DNA of 63,416 bases, filler included, from Reclinomonas americana ATCC 50394 (taxonomy: Eukaryota), in the NCBI GenBank assembly GCA_048213135.1. It is 6 parts of 5 records of this genome, joined end to end, with 100 filler letters (N's around TTAATTAATTAA, not from the genome) between each part and the next. Parts side by side here need not be neighbours in the genome. Positions count along the whole stretch, not along the records: positions 42,937 to 56,639 come from PS015500.1; positions 56,740 to 61,199 come from PS015503.1; 4 more parts are not named here. One strand, written 5' to 3'. Below, in pieces: positions 47,185-60,000 of the stretch. Position numbers and translations under genes: made by a program. The notes beneath the pieces are model-generated. The model made no database searches and had not been told where the DNA came from. It saw only the letters and a program-made list of their open reading frames with translations. How positions within the stretch are numbered: the first letter of the stretch is position 1; the number at the start of each line of letters is the position of its first letter.

Positions 47185-47218
47185 TCTCCGTGCGTTGTGT
47201 GTGCGCGCGCGTGTGTTC

Positions 47219-47287
<69 letters not shown>

Positions 47288-47325
47288 ANNNNNNNNNNNN
47301 NNNNNNNNCGTGTGTGTGTGTGCGC

Positions 47326-47407
<82 letters not shown>

Positions 47408-48246
47408 AGAAGCACCAACTCTGATTCATCCGACGGAACATCAACATCTACTCTCTCTCGCGCGTGTGCGTGCGCTTCTCGGTGTTGTCTGTGTCTCAGC
47501 GCCTCCTCTCTCTCCGCGTCCTCGGCGTGGTGCTCCAATCTCAAAGTGCGATGTGAGTGAGATGTTGCGGCATTGAATGTGCATGCATGCATGACGAGCC
47601 TGTTCAACCCGACTCGCTATGAGCATCAGCTCCCTCTGAGCCACGCATGTGAGTCGGGTGGAGAGGCAGGAACACATGACTCATGAACAGAAAGAGAGCA
47701 ACGAAGCAGCGCAACTCGTGAGTGGGGTGCGTCACACTAGTTGTCGGGGCACACAATGCACGTTCAGGAAACGAGTGCACAAGGCAAGTGCACTCCTTCT
47801 CCGTGGCGTATGTGGTGAGAATGGTGGCCGTCTGAATCGATACTTGACGCGCTCTCCATAAACACGCGGTGCCCGCGTGAGAAGGGGACGCGGGCAATGA
47901 TGGCCACTGGCTGCTGCTTCAACAGCGACAGGATGGCATCTCCAAAGCGATATGAGGGCACAAGCACAAGGCGTGTGTGTGGGTCGATGAGGGAGGACTC
48001 ACTCAATGCCGAGCAGCGAGTGTCTGTTCATTCCTTGGTCTCATCAATCTCAACCACGCACACACACCTCGCACCCGGCAAGCTCTTCTTGCACTCCTAC
48101 TGCACTGCACTGTGCTGTGTCTGCTTCCCAGCTTCGTCCGTTTGGTTGGGCGGCAAGGAAGCACCTGCGTGCTATAAGCGATGTGACAGTCAACATGAGA
48201 GAGTTGCACGCAGTTACAGCAATCGGTCTTCGCATATTCATTCACG

Positions 48247-49437
48247 TCACTCCGTCCAGCACCATCCAGGCGCACGGCGTTCAATCACCTCTGCATCCTC
48301 CAGCACGAAACACCGCAGCACGACATCGACGAGAATCCAGTCACAGTCGCCGTCTTCTTCGGCAAACAGCTCGTTGACGGCAAGCACGGCTGATCGTGCG
48401 GCCGCAAGCTCTTGCCCTGCCAGCCCACGCGGCGTGGACCACACTCGGATCGTTTTATCCTGACTGCCACTCACGATGTGCTGGCCATCGGGAGCAACGG
48501 CGACGGAGATCACCAAGCTAGTGTGCCCCTCCAATCGTCGCACTTCTTCTCCATGCGCGAAAGACCACACCCGCACCGTGTTGTCTCGACTGCCACTAAC
48601 AACATGCTNNNNNNNNNNNNNNNNNNNNGGCCATCGGGGGTGACGGCTACCGACAGTACCACGTCAGTGTGTCCCTCCAAACACCGTACTACTTCTCCAC
48701 TTGTGAGCGACCACACGCGAGCAACAAAGTCCCCGCCCCCGCTCACAATGTGCTCACCATCGGGGGAGACGGCGACAGAGTACACTCTCCTGGTATGCCC
48801 ATTCAGTCGCCGTACTTCTTCTCCACTCGCGAGGGACCACACGTGCACCACAGTGTCCTCACCCCCGCTCACGATGTGTTGACCATTGGGAGTGACGGCA
48901 AAAGAGTACACAGCATCGTAGCTACGTAGTGTCCCTGGAGCGCAAGCGTCAACCCCCGCATCTCCTTCCCGCTCGACATTGACCACACTCGCACAGTCTG
49001 GTCAGAACTCCCGCTCACGACATGCTGACCATCGGGAGTGACGGTCACAGACCACACGAATGCAGTGTGTCCACTTAATCGTTGCAACTCAACACCTCTC
49101 GATAAAGACCACACTCGCACTGTCTTGTCCATGCCGCCACTCACGATGTGCCGGCCGTCCGGAGTGACGGCGACAGAGCGCACCCACAAATTGTGCCCCT
49201 CCAACCGTCGCACTTCTTCGCCACTCACGAGTGACCACACCCGCACCGACCTGTCATAGCCGCCGCTCACAATAAATTGACCATCCGGGGTGACGGCGAC
49301 ACATTTCACCACGTCTGTGTGACCCCGCAAGATCTATGTCGACCATGCACACTGAGATGGGCACAAAGAGAGAGAGAGAACAACAGCCACTAATATGAAT
49401 CCTTCGCACGCGTGTGTGAGCGTACCTTCGTTGTCAT
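48247..49437 (-). pseudogene. WD40 family copy C: at least 7 repeats, frameshifted
   Basis: Exon 1 MTTK (49426-49437), exon 2 starts ILRGHTDVV. An 8-nt insertion near 48918-48929 shifts the frame between repeats 3 and 4, and there is a small N gap at 48609-48628. Confidence 0.65.
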
Positions 49438-51895
49438 TTGGAAAGATAAATGACTCTTGTGTCTCTCTTGATAGGTTCGCTTCTGTTGAGTTCCTCCGGT
49501 CGGGGAGCAAGCCACCTGGTTGGTACTCTCGGTGGTAAACGAAGAGTCTGTTCTCGTGAGCGTGTATTNNNNNNNNNNNNNNNNNNNNNNNNNNNNNNNN
49601 NNNNNNNNNNNNNNNNNNNNNNNNNNNNNNNNNNNNNNNNNNNNNNNNNNNNNNNNNNNNNNNNNNNNNNNNNNNNNNNNNNNNNNNNNNNNNNNNNNNN
49701 NNNNNNNNNNNNNNNNNNNNNNNNNNNNNNNNNNNNNNNNNNNNNNNNNNNNNNNNNNNNNNNNNNNNNNNNNNNNNNNNNNNNNNNNNNNNNNNNNNNN
49801 NNNNNNNNNNNNNNNNNNNNNNNNNNNNNNNNNNNNNNNNNNNNNNNNNNNNNNNNNNATATGTGTATGTGTGATTTGCTCGCTCTGGATTGTCACTGTT
49901 CCCGCCTTTCTTCTCCCGCCTTGCTGAGACGCTGTCCATCCGTCGCCAGGCTGCAGCCAGTACCCCACACATCATACAGCAGTATGAGAGCAATGTGGCT
50001 TCGATGATGTGTGTGGGCTTTCGAAGACTGACATGGCACTCGTCGATGAGAAATCGGCAGAATGGACACGCAAGGTGGTGGTGACACAAGGTGGTGCTCC
50101 GTTGCACCGTGCTGCTGTCCAGCGACACTCTCTTTCGACTGACCAGCACTCACTACCACCAAGGACTGGCATGTCGGGCTGTTGGATATGCAGCTGTGGC
50201 CCAGTTGTGAGAATCCATCGAGCAACCGAGTCAGCGACACCTCACACCTCGGATCGGCCCACAGCAAGGTTGACGAGGTGCACGTCATGATGATACAATA
50301 AAGAAAGAGAACCACAAGGAACAAGAGAGCAGCGACCAGCATAGCAGCTCAGCGATGGAAGAGGCAGCTGTGTCGTGAGACTCGCCTCCCATCACCCAAG
50401 TCACAATCAATGCCTCGTGCCTTCAGTCACACTCACATTCGGTCGGTGAATCGTCTCATGCATATACTGTAAGGCATGGAACCACGTGTGTTCGCATGCC
50501 GGTCACTTGCCAGCACGCCTGTGTTACGATCACACACAGAATTGAGAACTGAGTCAGTCAATCTCCATGTCTCACCAACTTGCTCGTCAACGCAGGAGTA
50601 GAACACGCACGCACAAGTGTGTTGCTGGCCAAGCACGTTCCTGCAGTCTCCTGTGGCCACCACCATGGTCACTCGGCAGTGAGAGCGACAACCAAGGTGC
50701 ACACACCATCGATCCGCGCAGACCTGCCAGCCGGGATTGAATACGATCCACCGACCAGGGCACCATTGCACTACGCATACGTACACCCACCACGCCACGC
50801 CCTCCATGACATGCACGGCCTGCACGAATGAGGTGAGTGGGAGAAAAAGAGGAAAGAAAGATCACGCCGAACAAGGCCACACACCTGCATCGTGCATTGG
50901 TGGGATGCGAGTGTGGAGCCGAGTGAGTGAGGTGACTGCCGGCAATGGGCGATGCGCGACCTGCCTGCAATCATTACGGAACAACGAGGGGGACCTGCCC
51001 CTAAGGTGTCTGCATGTCGGTGTGCTGTGAGCGAAAGAATGGAGGAAGGAGAGAGATATCTGCTCGGTCTCACGTGACGAACACGCCGATCAGCACCTGA
51101 TGCCAACACGCGATTCGTCAAGAGGCCAAGGGATGCTTCTGCACACACATCCATCCTGCAAAGGAGAGGGAGAGAGAGAAAGTAGAGTCAGCATGCAGTC
51201 ATGCCATCCCACACACTTCGGTGTCGAACTGCTCACCATGATGGACGGCCCAACACGATGGCTAAATCGCAGCCGGTGTATCTTGAGCAGACACTCGAAT
51301 TGAGCTTGTACGGGAAGGATGGGGTGGATGACTGGGGAGGCAAATGAGCGAACAAAGGAGGGAGACGGTGGAGAAAGAGAGAGAGAGAGACTCTACAAGG
51401 GACAGAAAGGGAGGAACGGAATGACTGGCATCGTGCAGAGCCGGAAAGAGAATGTCTACGGCGCACATGTACGATGAGAGGAAGAAAAGTGGCACCAAGA
51501 AGGTGAATCAAGAAGCGAAGAAACAACCATCGCTGATTCGCTCTCCTGAGGCGCATACTTGCACGGCTGAAGATGCACGCACAACAGACATCACAAAGAG
51601 ACAAATTGACACACCAGATTTCCAAGCAATCCATCTTGCTCGAACACAAATAGAGGTGAGAAAGAGACACGCCAACCGAAAGAGACATGCTGCACACCCG
51701 CACAATCACATTCACATGAAAGGGCAACAAGCACGGGAGAACAATTCTTCATCAACGACCTCTCTCTCTTCCCCTGTCGTCCTCTCTTCCCCACCTGCAT
51801 CCCGCATGATCACCCACTCTTCCTCGCATGACACGGAAAACAACTCACAATCATGAGTAGCCAGCCACCGCTCTCCCTCCCTTCGACTCACCGAC

Positions 51896-53063
51896 TCAGC
51901 ACCGAAAAAGGACGACCTCGGCATCTTCGACGATGAAGCAGCGCAGAACCAGCTCGGGAAGGCATCGTGAATCTTCTTCTTCCTCCAGCATGTCCTGCAC
52001 AGCCCGCATGGCCAAGCGCGCGGCGTCGAGTTCGAGACGAGCAAGGCCACGCGGCGTGGACCACACTCTTACGGTCTTGTCCTTGCCACCGGCGCTCACA
52101 ATGTGCTGACCATCGGGAGTGACGGCCACAGACGAAACCCATCCGTCATGACCCTCAAACCGTCGCACTTCCTCTCCACCTTCCAGAGACCACACCCGCA
52201 CGGTGCGGTCTCCGCATCCGCCAACGATGTGCTGGCCATCGGGAGTGATGGTGACAGACGACACCCAGTCAGTTTGTCCATCAAGCCGTCGCACTTCTTC
52301 TCCACTCGTCAGTGACCACATCCGCACTGTGCTCTCCCAGCTCCCGCTAACAATGTGCTGACCATATGGAGTAACAGCGACTGACATCACCCAGTCACTG
52401 TGGCCCTCTAACCGTCGCACCTCCTCCCCGCTCGCCAGCAACCATACCCGCACTGTGTTGTCTTCACCCCCACTCACGATGCGTTGACCATTGGGAGTGA
52501 CTGCCACAGACAACACCCTTGCAGTGTGTCCCACCAGCCGTCGTACCTCCTCCCCACTCGCCAGAGACCACACTCGTATTGTCTTGTCGCTGCTGCCGCT
52601 CACAATGTGCTGGCCATCTGAGGCGACTGCGACAGACGCCACCGAATCTGCGTGTCCCTCTAACCGTCGCACCTCTTCCCCACTCGCCATCGACCACACA
52701 CGCACGGTACAGTCTCCGCCCCCACTGACAATAAGCTGACCATCAGGAGTGACGGCGACAGAGAACACCCCGCCGGCGCCAGCGTGTCCCTCAAACCTTC
52801 GCACCTCCTTGCCACTCGCCAGAGACCACACTCGAACGGTGCTGTCGTCACATCCACCAACAATGTGCTTGCCATTGGCAGTGACGGCGACGGACCTCAC
52901 CACTGCGAGACTCTGAATGATCTGTGTCGATCAACGCGATGAGGCTCACGTGCAGAAACATTCGAAGCACAAAGACAACAACCGCACACATGCACGAGCA
53001 CACGCATGCGTGCACAGACACCAATCACGCACAGTGCGCACACATTCACACCTTTGTTGCCAT
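51896..53063 (-). CDS. WD40 family copy D: intact 7-bladed propeller plus conserved C-terminal helical tail
   Basis: Exon 1 MATK (53052-53063), exon 2 IIQSLAVVRSVAVTANGKH.. with seven repeats, then STPRGLARLELDAARLAMRAVQDMLEEEEDSRCLPELVLRCFIVEDAEVVLFRC*. Confidence 0.9.
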
Positions 53064-56000
53064 TCTCCTGTTTGTGTGTGTGTGATTTGCTCGCAGCGCT
53101 CCGCGGCGGATTGTCGCCGTTTCCCGCCTTTCTTCTCCCGCCTTGCTCTGAGATGTCGACCATCCCTCGCCAGTACAGCCAGTACGCCACACAACATACA
53201 GCAGTATGAGAGCAACGTGGCTTCTTTGATGCGTGTGGGCTTAAGCTTTTGAAGACCGACATGAGGCTCGTCGATGCGAAATCGGCAGAAGCTAAAGGGG
53301 AGTAAGGCGGTGACACGAGGTGGCGATCCAATGCTCAGTGCTGCTATTCAGCGACACTCCCTTTCGACTGCCCTGCATTCTCTGCCCGACGAGGACTGGA
53401 ATGTCGGGCTGCTTGGATATGCAGCTGTGCCCCTGTTGTGCTGATGCCACGTGCACGGCACACCCGAGAATCCATGGAGCTAGCGCCGAGTCTTCGAAAC
53501 CTCAAGCCGGCCCACAGCGAAGCTGACGAGGTGCACGTCATGATGGTGCGACGAAGAAGGAGAGTCACAGGGAACAGGAGAGGAGCGACCAGTACAGTAG
53601 CACAGAGACGGAAGAGGCAGCGGTGGCGTGAGACTCGCCTCCTCTCACCCGAATCACAATCATGCCTCGTGCCTTCAATCACACTCACAGTCGGTCGGTG
53701 CATTGTCTCATGCATGCACTGTGTGGCACGGAACCACGTGTCTTCGCATGCCAGTGACGAGTCACTTGCCAGCACGCCTGTCACACAGAATTGAGTTAGT
53801 CAATCTCCAAGTCTCACCAACTTGCTCCTCAACGCAGAAGCAGAACACGTACGCACCAGGCCACGCGCGCGTCTGCAGTCTCCCATGGCTATCACCATCA
53901 TTACTTGGCGGCGACAGCAGCAACCAAGAAGCGCACATCATCGATCCGCTCCGACTTGCCAGCCGGGATTGAAAACGATCCACCGACCAGGCCACCCATC
54001 GGGAAACACGACACGCATGTGTACATCCATGAGTAGATTGCCGAGCACGCGTCTGCAGTCTCCCATGGCCACCAGCATCATCACTCGACAGAGACGGCGG
54101 CAGCCAAGGTGCGCACATCATCGATCCNNNNNNNNNNNNNNNNNNNNNNNNNNNNNNNNNNNNNNNNNNNNNNNNNNNNNNNNNNNNNNNNNNNNNNNNN
54201 NNNNNNNNNNNNNNNNNNNNNNNNNNNNNNNNNNNNNNNNNNNNNNNNNNNNNNNNNNNNNNNNNNNNNNNNNNNNNNNNNNNNNNNNNNNNNNNNNNNN
54301 NNNNNNNNNNNNNNNNNNNNNNNNNNNNNNNNNNNNNNNNNNNNNNNNNNNNNNNNNNNNNNNNNNNNNNNNNNNNNNNNNNNNNNNNNNNNNNNNNNNN
54401 NNNNNNNNNNNNNNNNNNNNNNNNNNNNNNNNNNNNNNNNNNNNNNNNNNNNNNNNNNNNNNNNNNNNNNNNNNNNNNNNNNNNNNNNNNNNNNNNNNNN
54501 NNNNNNNNNNNNNNNNNNNNNNNNNNNNNNNNNNNNNNNNNNNNNNNNNNNNNNNNNNNNNNNNNNNNNNNNNNNNNNNNNNNNNNNNNNNNNNNNNNNN
54601 NNNNNNNNNNNNNNNNNNNNNNNNNNNNNNNNNNNNNNNNNNNNNNNNNNNNNNNNNNNNNNNNNNNNNNNNNNNNNNNNNNNNNNNNNNNNNNNNNNNN
54701 NNNNNNNNNNNNNNNNNNNNNNNNNNNNNNNNNNNNNNNNNNNNNNNNNNNNNNNNNNNNNNNNNNNNNNNNNNNNNNNNNNNNNNNNNNNNNNNNNNNN
54801 NNNNNNNNNNNNNNNNNNNNNNNNNNNNNNNNNNNNNNNNNNNNNNNNNNNNNNNNNNNNNNNNNNNNNNNNNNNNNNNNNNNNNNNNNNNNNNNNNNNN
54901 NNNNNNNNNNNNNNNNNNNNNNNNNNNNNNNNNNNNNNNNNNNNNNNNNNNNNNNNNNNNNNNNNNNNNNNNNNNNNNNNNNNNNNNNNNNNNNNNNNNN
55001 NNNNNNNNNNNNNNNNNNNNNNNNNNNNNNNNNGCTCCGACTTGCCAGCCGGGATTGAAAACGATCCACCGACAAGGCCACCCGTCGCACATCACGACAC
55101 ACATGTGTACATCCACCCAGCCACGCTCTCCATGACGTGCACGGCCTGCATAATTGAGGTGAGTGGGAGGGAAGGAGGAGAGAGAGATCACGAAGAACAG
55201 GGCCACACAACTGCTGAGTGCATGGTGGGATGCGAATGGGGAGCCGAGTGAGTGAGGTGACGGTCGACAACGGGCAATGCACATCACGCCTGTCATCGCC
55301 ACGACATGCTTTCCATGGTCTCTGCATGCCGGTGTGCTGTGAGGAAAGAATGGAGGAAGGAGAGAGATATCTGCTCTGTCTCAACGACGAACACCCCGAT
55401 CAGCATCTGATGCCAACACGCGTTTGAGCAAGAAGCAAGCCAAGGGACGCTCACACAACCATCCTGTAAGGGAGAGTAGAGTGAGCAGAGTCAGCATGCA
55501 GTCATGCCACTTCGGCATCGACATGCTCACCATGATGGACAGGCAGGATGGCAATCGGAACACGGTGAGCGGACCAGCATGTTCGGCCTCGAGCTTGTGC
55601 GGGAAGGAGGGGCAGATTACTGGGGAATCAGATGAGCGTACAAAGGAGAAAGACGGTGGAGAAAGAGAGAGACTCTGTAAGGGACAGAGAGAGAGAGAGA
55701 GCGGGATGACATGCATTCTTCAGAACCGGAAAGAGAATATCCGCGGCGCACAGGCACAATGGGAAGCAGGGCAGTGATGCCAAAGTGGTGCGCAAAAGAA
55801 GACGCGAGGAAACAGACAATGGCGACTCGCCCTCCTGAAGCGCATACACGAACAACGGAAGAAGCACGCACAACAGACATCACAACAAGACCAAAAACCC
55901 AAGAGACTCCCAGGTGATTCATCGAGCTTGCACAGAAAATGGAGGTGAGAAAGAGACACGCACACAGAGGAGACATGCTTCACGCCCGCACAATCACATT

Positions 56001-56181
56001 CACATGAAAGGGCAGCAAGCACGGGGGAACAATTCTTCATGATCAACAACGATCTCTCTCTCCTCCTCTGTCATCCTCTCTTCCCCACCTGCATCCCGCG
56101 TGATCACCCACTCTCCCTCGCACGACACGAATACCAACTCACAATCACCAGCAGCCACCACTCTCCCTTCGACTCACCGAC

Positions 56182-56639
56182 TCAGCATCGGAAAAGGACG
56201 ACCTCGGCATCCTCCGCGATGAAACAGCGCAGAACCAGCTCGGGAAGGCATCGATCCTCCTCGTCCTCCTGCATCTCCTGCACAGCTCGCATGGCCGAGC
56301 GCGCAGCGTCGAGTTCGAGACGAGCAAGGCCACGCGGCGTGGACCACACTCGCACGGTATTGTCTTGGCCACCCGCGCTTACAATGTGCTGACCATCGGG
56401 AGAGACAGCAACAAACGACACCCATCCAGTGTGTCCCTCCAACCGTCGCACTTCCTCGCCACTTGCCAGAGACCATACCCGCAAGGTGCTGTCCTCGCTC
56501 CCACTCACAATATGCTGGCCATCGGGAGTGACGGTGACACAATACACCCATGAAGTGTGTCCCTCGAAACGTCGCATTTCCTCCCCACTTGGCAGAGACA
56601 ATATTCGCACGGTGGTGTCCCCACCGCCACTCACAATGC
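56182..56639 (-). CDS. WD40 family copy E (5' truncated by scaffold end)
   Basis: About three visible repeats plus the tail ..DRCLPELVLRCFIAEDAEVVLFRC*. Confidence 0.88.
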
Positions 56640-56836
56640 NNNNNNNNNNNNNNNNNNNNNNNNNNNNNNNNNNNNNNNNNNNNTTAATTAATTAANNNNN
56701 NNNNNNNNNNNNNNNNNNNNNNNNNNNNNNNNNNNNNNNGCACATACTCATGCACCCAACAAACGAGTCTCGTATCCATGTCAGTCATTAACACGTCAGT
56801 CTCTATGCCTATCTACATTCTCCTTCCCTCTTTTCT

Positions 56837-56871
<35 letters not shown>

Positions 56872-57098
56872 CACTCATGCACCCAACAAACGAGTGTCGT
56901 TTCCATGTCAGTCATTCACCCAGCAGCTTCTATGCCTATCTGCATTCTCCTTCCCTCCCGTTGTCTCCCTCTTTTCTCTCTTTCACTCTTTCTCTCTCTC
57001 TCTCTCTCTTGCAGTCTCTATTCCTATCTGCATTCTCCTTCCCTCCCTCGTTTTCTCTTTTTCTCATTCCCTCTCCCTCTCTCCCTCTCAGACGCAAC

Positions 57099-60000
57099 GA
57101 GCTGCCAAGTGTGAGGAGCTCACGCACAACGTGCGGCGCCCAGTAACCAGCCGAGAGATCGGTGACTGTGGCAATGTCGACCAGATCCGGTCGCTGTTCC
57201 CAGGTGACGGCCAGTTGCATGATGCGCGGTGCCTCCCATCCCGACATGAGCTGCAACAGGATGACGCCCACCGCGTACATGTCGTTCACCACCGTCACCG
57301 TCTTGGTTTGGTCGACAAGTGGGTCGAGGTAGCCGCGCGTGCCCACAATGGAGGTGGCCGCGACCTGCGTTGGAGACATGAGCAATAGCTGACACAGAAA
57401 AACGGAAGACGAAAGAGGGAGAAGGAGAAGTAGTTGGCACCTGACCGCCTTTCTTCTCTCTGTCTTTGTGCCTTGCATGTGCTCTGTCACTCTTCTGTCG
57501 TTCATCGATTCCGTAAGTCACTTCATCCGCCCCCTGCTCCCTCCTTGTTTCGTGTCAGTGCTCTCTCTCGTTCTCATTTCCTGTTGATCATCCACCACTC
57601 TCCTTCTCTCTTTCGTCGTGCCTCTCCCACATGCACAGCAACACACATCAACGAGTCGCAGCGACCTGTTCACTTCACCCGCCTAGTCTTTCTCTCCTAC
57701 TCCTTCCTTGGGTCGTGCCAAGTGCTCTCTCTCGTTTTCATTTCCTGTTGATAATCCTCTCTGTCTCTCTCCACTCTCCTCGCAACTCTCCCACATGCAC
57801 AGCAACTCACATCAACGAGTCGCAGCGACCTGTTCACTTCACCTGCCTAGTCTTTCTCTCCTACTCCTTCTGTGGGTCGTACCAAGTGCTCTCTCTCGTT
57901 CTTATATCCTCTCGATCATTCTCTGTCTCTCTCCGACACTCTCCTTCTCTCTTCCCTCGCGCCTCTCTCACACACTGCAACACGCATCTACAAGTCGCAG
58001 CGACCTGGACACTTCTCCCGCCTTCTCTTTCCCTCTCGCCCTCGTTTGTGCCTTGCCTGTACTCTCCCCTTTCCTGATCCCTGCTCTCTCCGACTCTTGG
58101 CATCTCTCCCCTCGTACCGCTGCTTCACCTATTTCTCACCCCGCTTCCTCACACTCGCAAAGTATCTCTCGCACCTCTCGTCTCAAATACTCCTGTACCG
58201 TCTTTTCCCATTTGTGACCTTCTCTCTCCCTCCGACTCTCCCTCCCTTCTCCTCCTCCCCCTCCCTCCGACTCTCCTTCCCTTCTCCTCTCCCCCTCCCT
58301 CCGACTCTCCTTCCCTCCTCCTCCTCCCCTCCCTGCGCCCCTTCCCTTCTCCACTTCCCCTTCCCCTCCAAACCTCCATCTGCTGCATCTGCTTGGCGAT
58401 GCCAAAATCGGCCAGTCGCGGCTCCGGCTTCGCCTTGGTCTTGTCGAGCAGAATGTTCGACGGCTTGAGATCGCGGTGAACCATGTTGCGCTAGCAAAAT
58501 AAAGGCCACGTTTGTCAGAATATGTGTGACGCGCGAGGCAAGTGCCTGGCTCGACGCACCTGGTGGAGGAACTCGACACCCTCCAGAACTCCGACAGCGA
58601 TATCCAACCGATCCACCACCTTGAGCACGGGGACACCGGGTGGTGGGTGGAACAGGCGCACCTCCAGATCGTGACCACTGCGTGCAGAAGCACAAGATGA
58701 GTGAATGTGTTAAAGGCAATCAAAGGAAAAGAAGGAAGAGGAGGTGTATTTCCACCAGGTGGCCGGACGCAACTTGACTGCCTCGTACACCAACACCTTC
58801 TCGTCGCCAAGCATGGAGAAGCCGTACAGGCGAATGATGCGCGGGTGTACCAGCGAGCTGAGCGTCGACAACTGCACAGATGGAGGAATAAAGAGGGATA
58901 CATGGAATGAGCAAAGGCACAGCACAAAGCAAATAGCTCGTATCTCAACGAGACTTAAGCTACTCTTATCTCGGTCTCTATCTTCTCAACCAGTAAAGTG
59001 ACGAATCTATCGCTCCCAACATCGCCTTCACTTTTCTCCCCCGATTCTATCGCTCACTTCCTCCACAAAGTTGTCTCCTACTATCTCAACGAGACTGAAA
59101 CTACTCTTATCCCTCCACCCTCTCTCGGTCTCTATCTTCTCAACCGGTGAAGTAACGACTCTATCGCTCCCGACATCGCCTTCCTCCCTCCCCCCCCCCC
59201 CTGCTATCCCTCGCTTTCTCCACAAAGTTGTCTCCTACCATCGCAACGAGACTGAAGCTACTCTTATCCCTCAATCCTCTCTCAGTCTATTTCTTCTTGA
59301 CCAGTAGAGTGACGACTCTATCGCTCTCTACATCGCCTTCCTCTTTTCCCCCTGCTATCCCTCGCTTTCTCCACAAAAGTTGTCACCTACTATCGCAACG
59401 AGACTGAAGCTACTCTTGTCCCTCACCCCTCTATCACTCCCTACATCGCCATCCCCTTTCTCCCCCGTGCCCGCAACTTCCGCATGGAACGTGGCCGACG
59501 CCCATGGCGTCGACGCATCAATCAGCTTGATGGCGACATGCAGCTCATGCAACATGGTGATGTAGACCTTGCCGGAGCCGCCCTCGCCCACCAACAAGCG
59601 CGGATTGAAGCTGTCCGTGGCGGAAACAATGTCTGTCCACTCGTAGTAGCGCACCACATCAACTGCGCGCGCCGAAGCACAATGTCAAAAGATCGCACAA
59701 AGCACAAAGCATGCGTGCGTCTCTGGTGACCGCAACTGTTGTTGGTCGACAGCACAGCGTTCAGGCGACCGACTTCCAAGCGCAGCTGCGCGGCCGAGGT
59801 GTTGATCAGCAGCAATTCGGCCTTGGCTTTCTCCTCGGCCTTCTTCGCCTCTTGTGCTCGCGACTCTGCATCCTCGGCACGCTGCAGCGCGGCGGCCAGG
59901 TCCTCCTGCGAGCGGCCTTGCTGCTCGTGGAGTGCCACTCGCAGGCGATCCAGCTCAGCCGTCATGGCTTCGACGCGCTCGCGCTCGTTCATGTAGGCAC

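Larger units (their letters stand above)
44370..56639. repeat. Tandem segmental duplication: three diverged units of about 3 kb (about 44370-47190, 49865-53070, 53075-56639), each carrying one WD40 gene plus about 2 kb of downstream DNA
   Basis: Shared anchors include gatttgctcgc..cctttcttctcccgccttgct (44379, 49873, 53084), gaggtgagtggga (45358, 50830, 55156) and cacattcacatgaaagggca. Confidence 0.88.

Noticed and set aside
42938..56639. Regular 126-bp repeats as a CRISPR array or DGR template/variable repeats
   Set aside because: They are in-frame protein-coding WD40 repeats with no unique spacers. No Cas or reverse-transcriptase gene is present, and no adenine-specific pattern was evident by eye.
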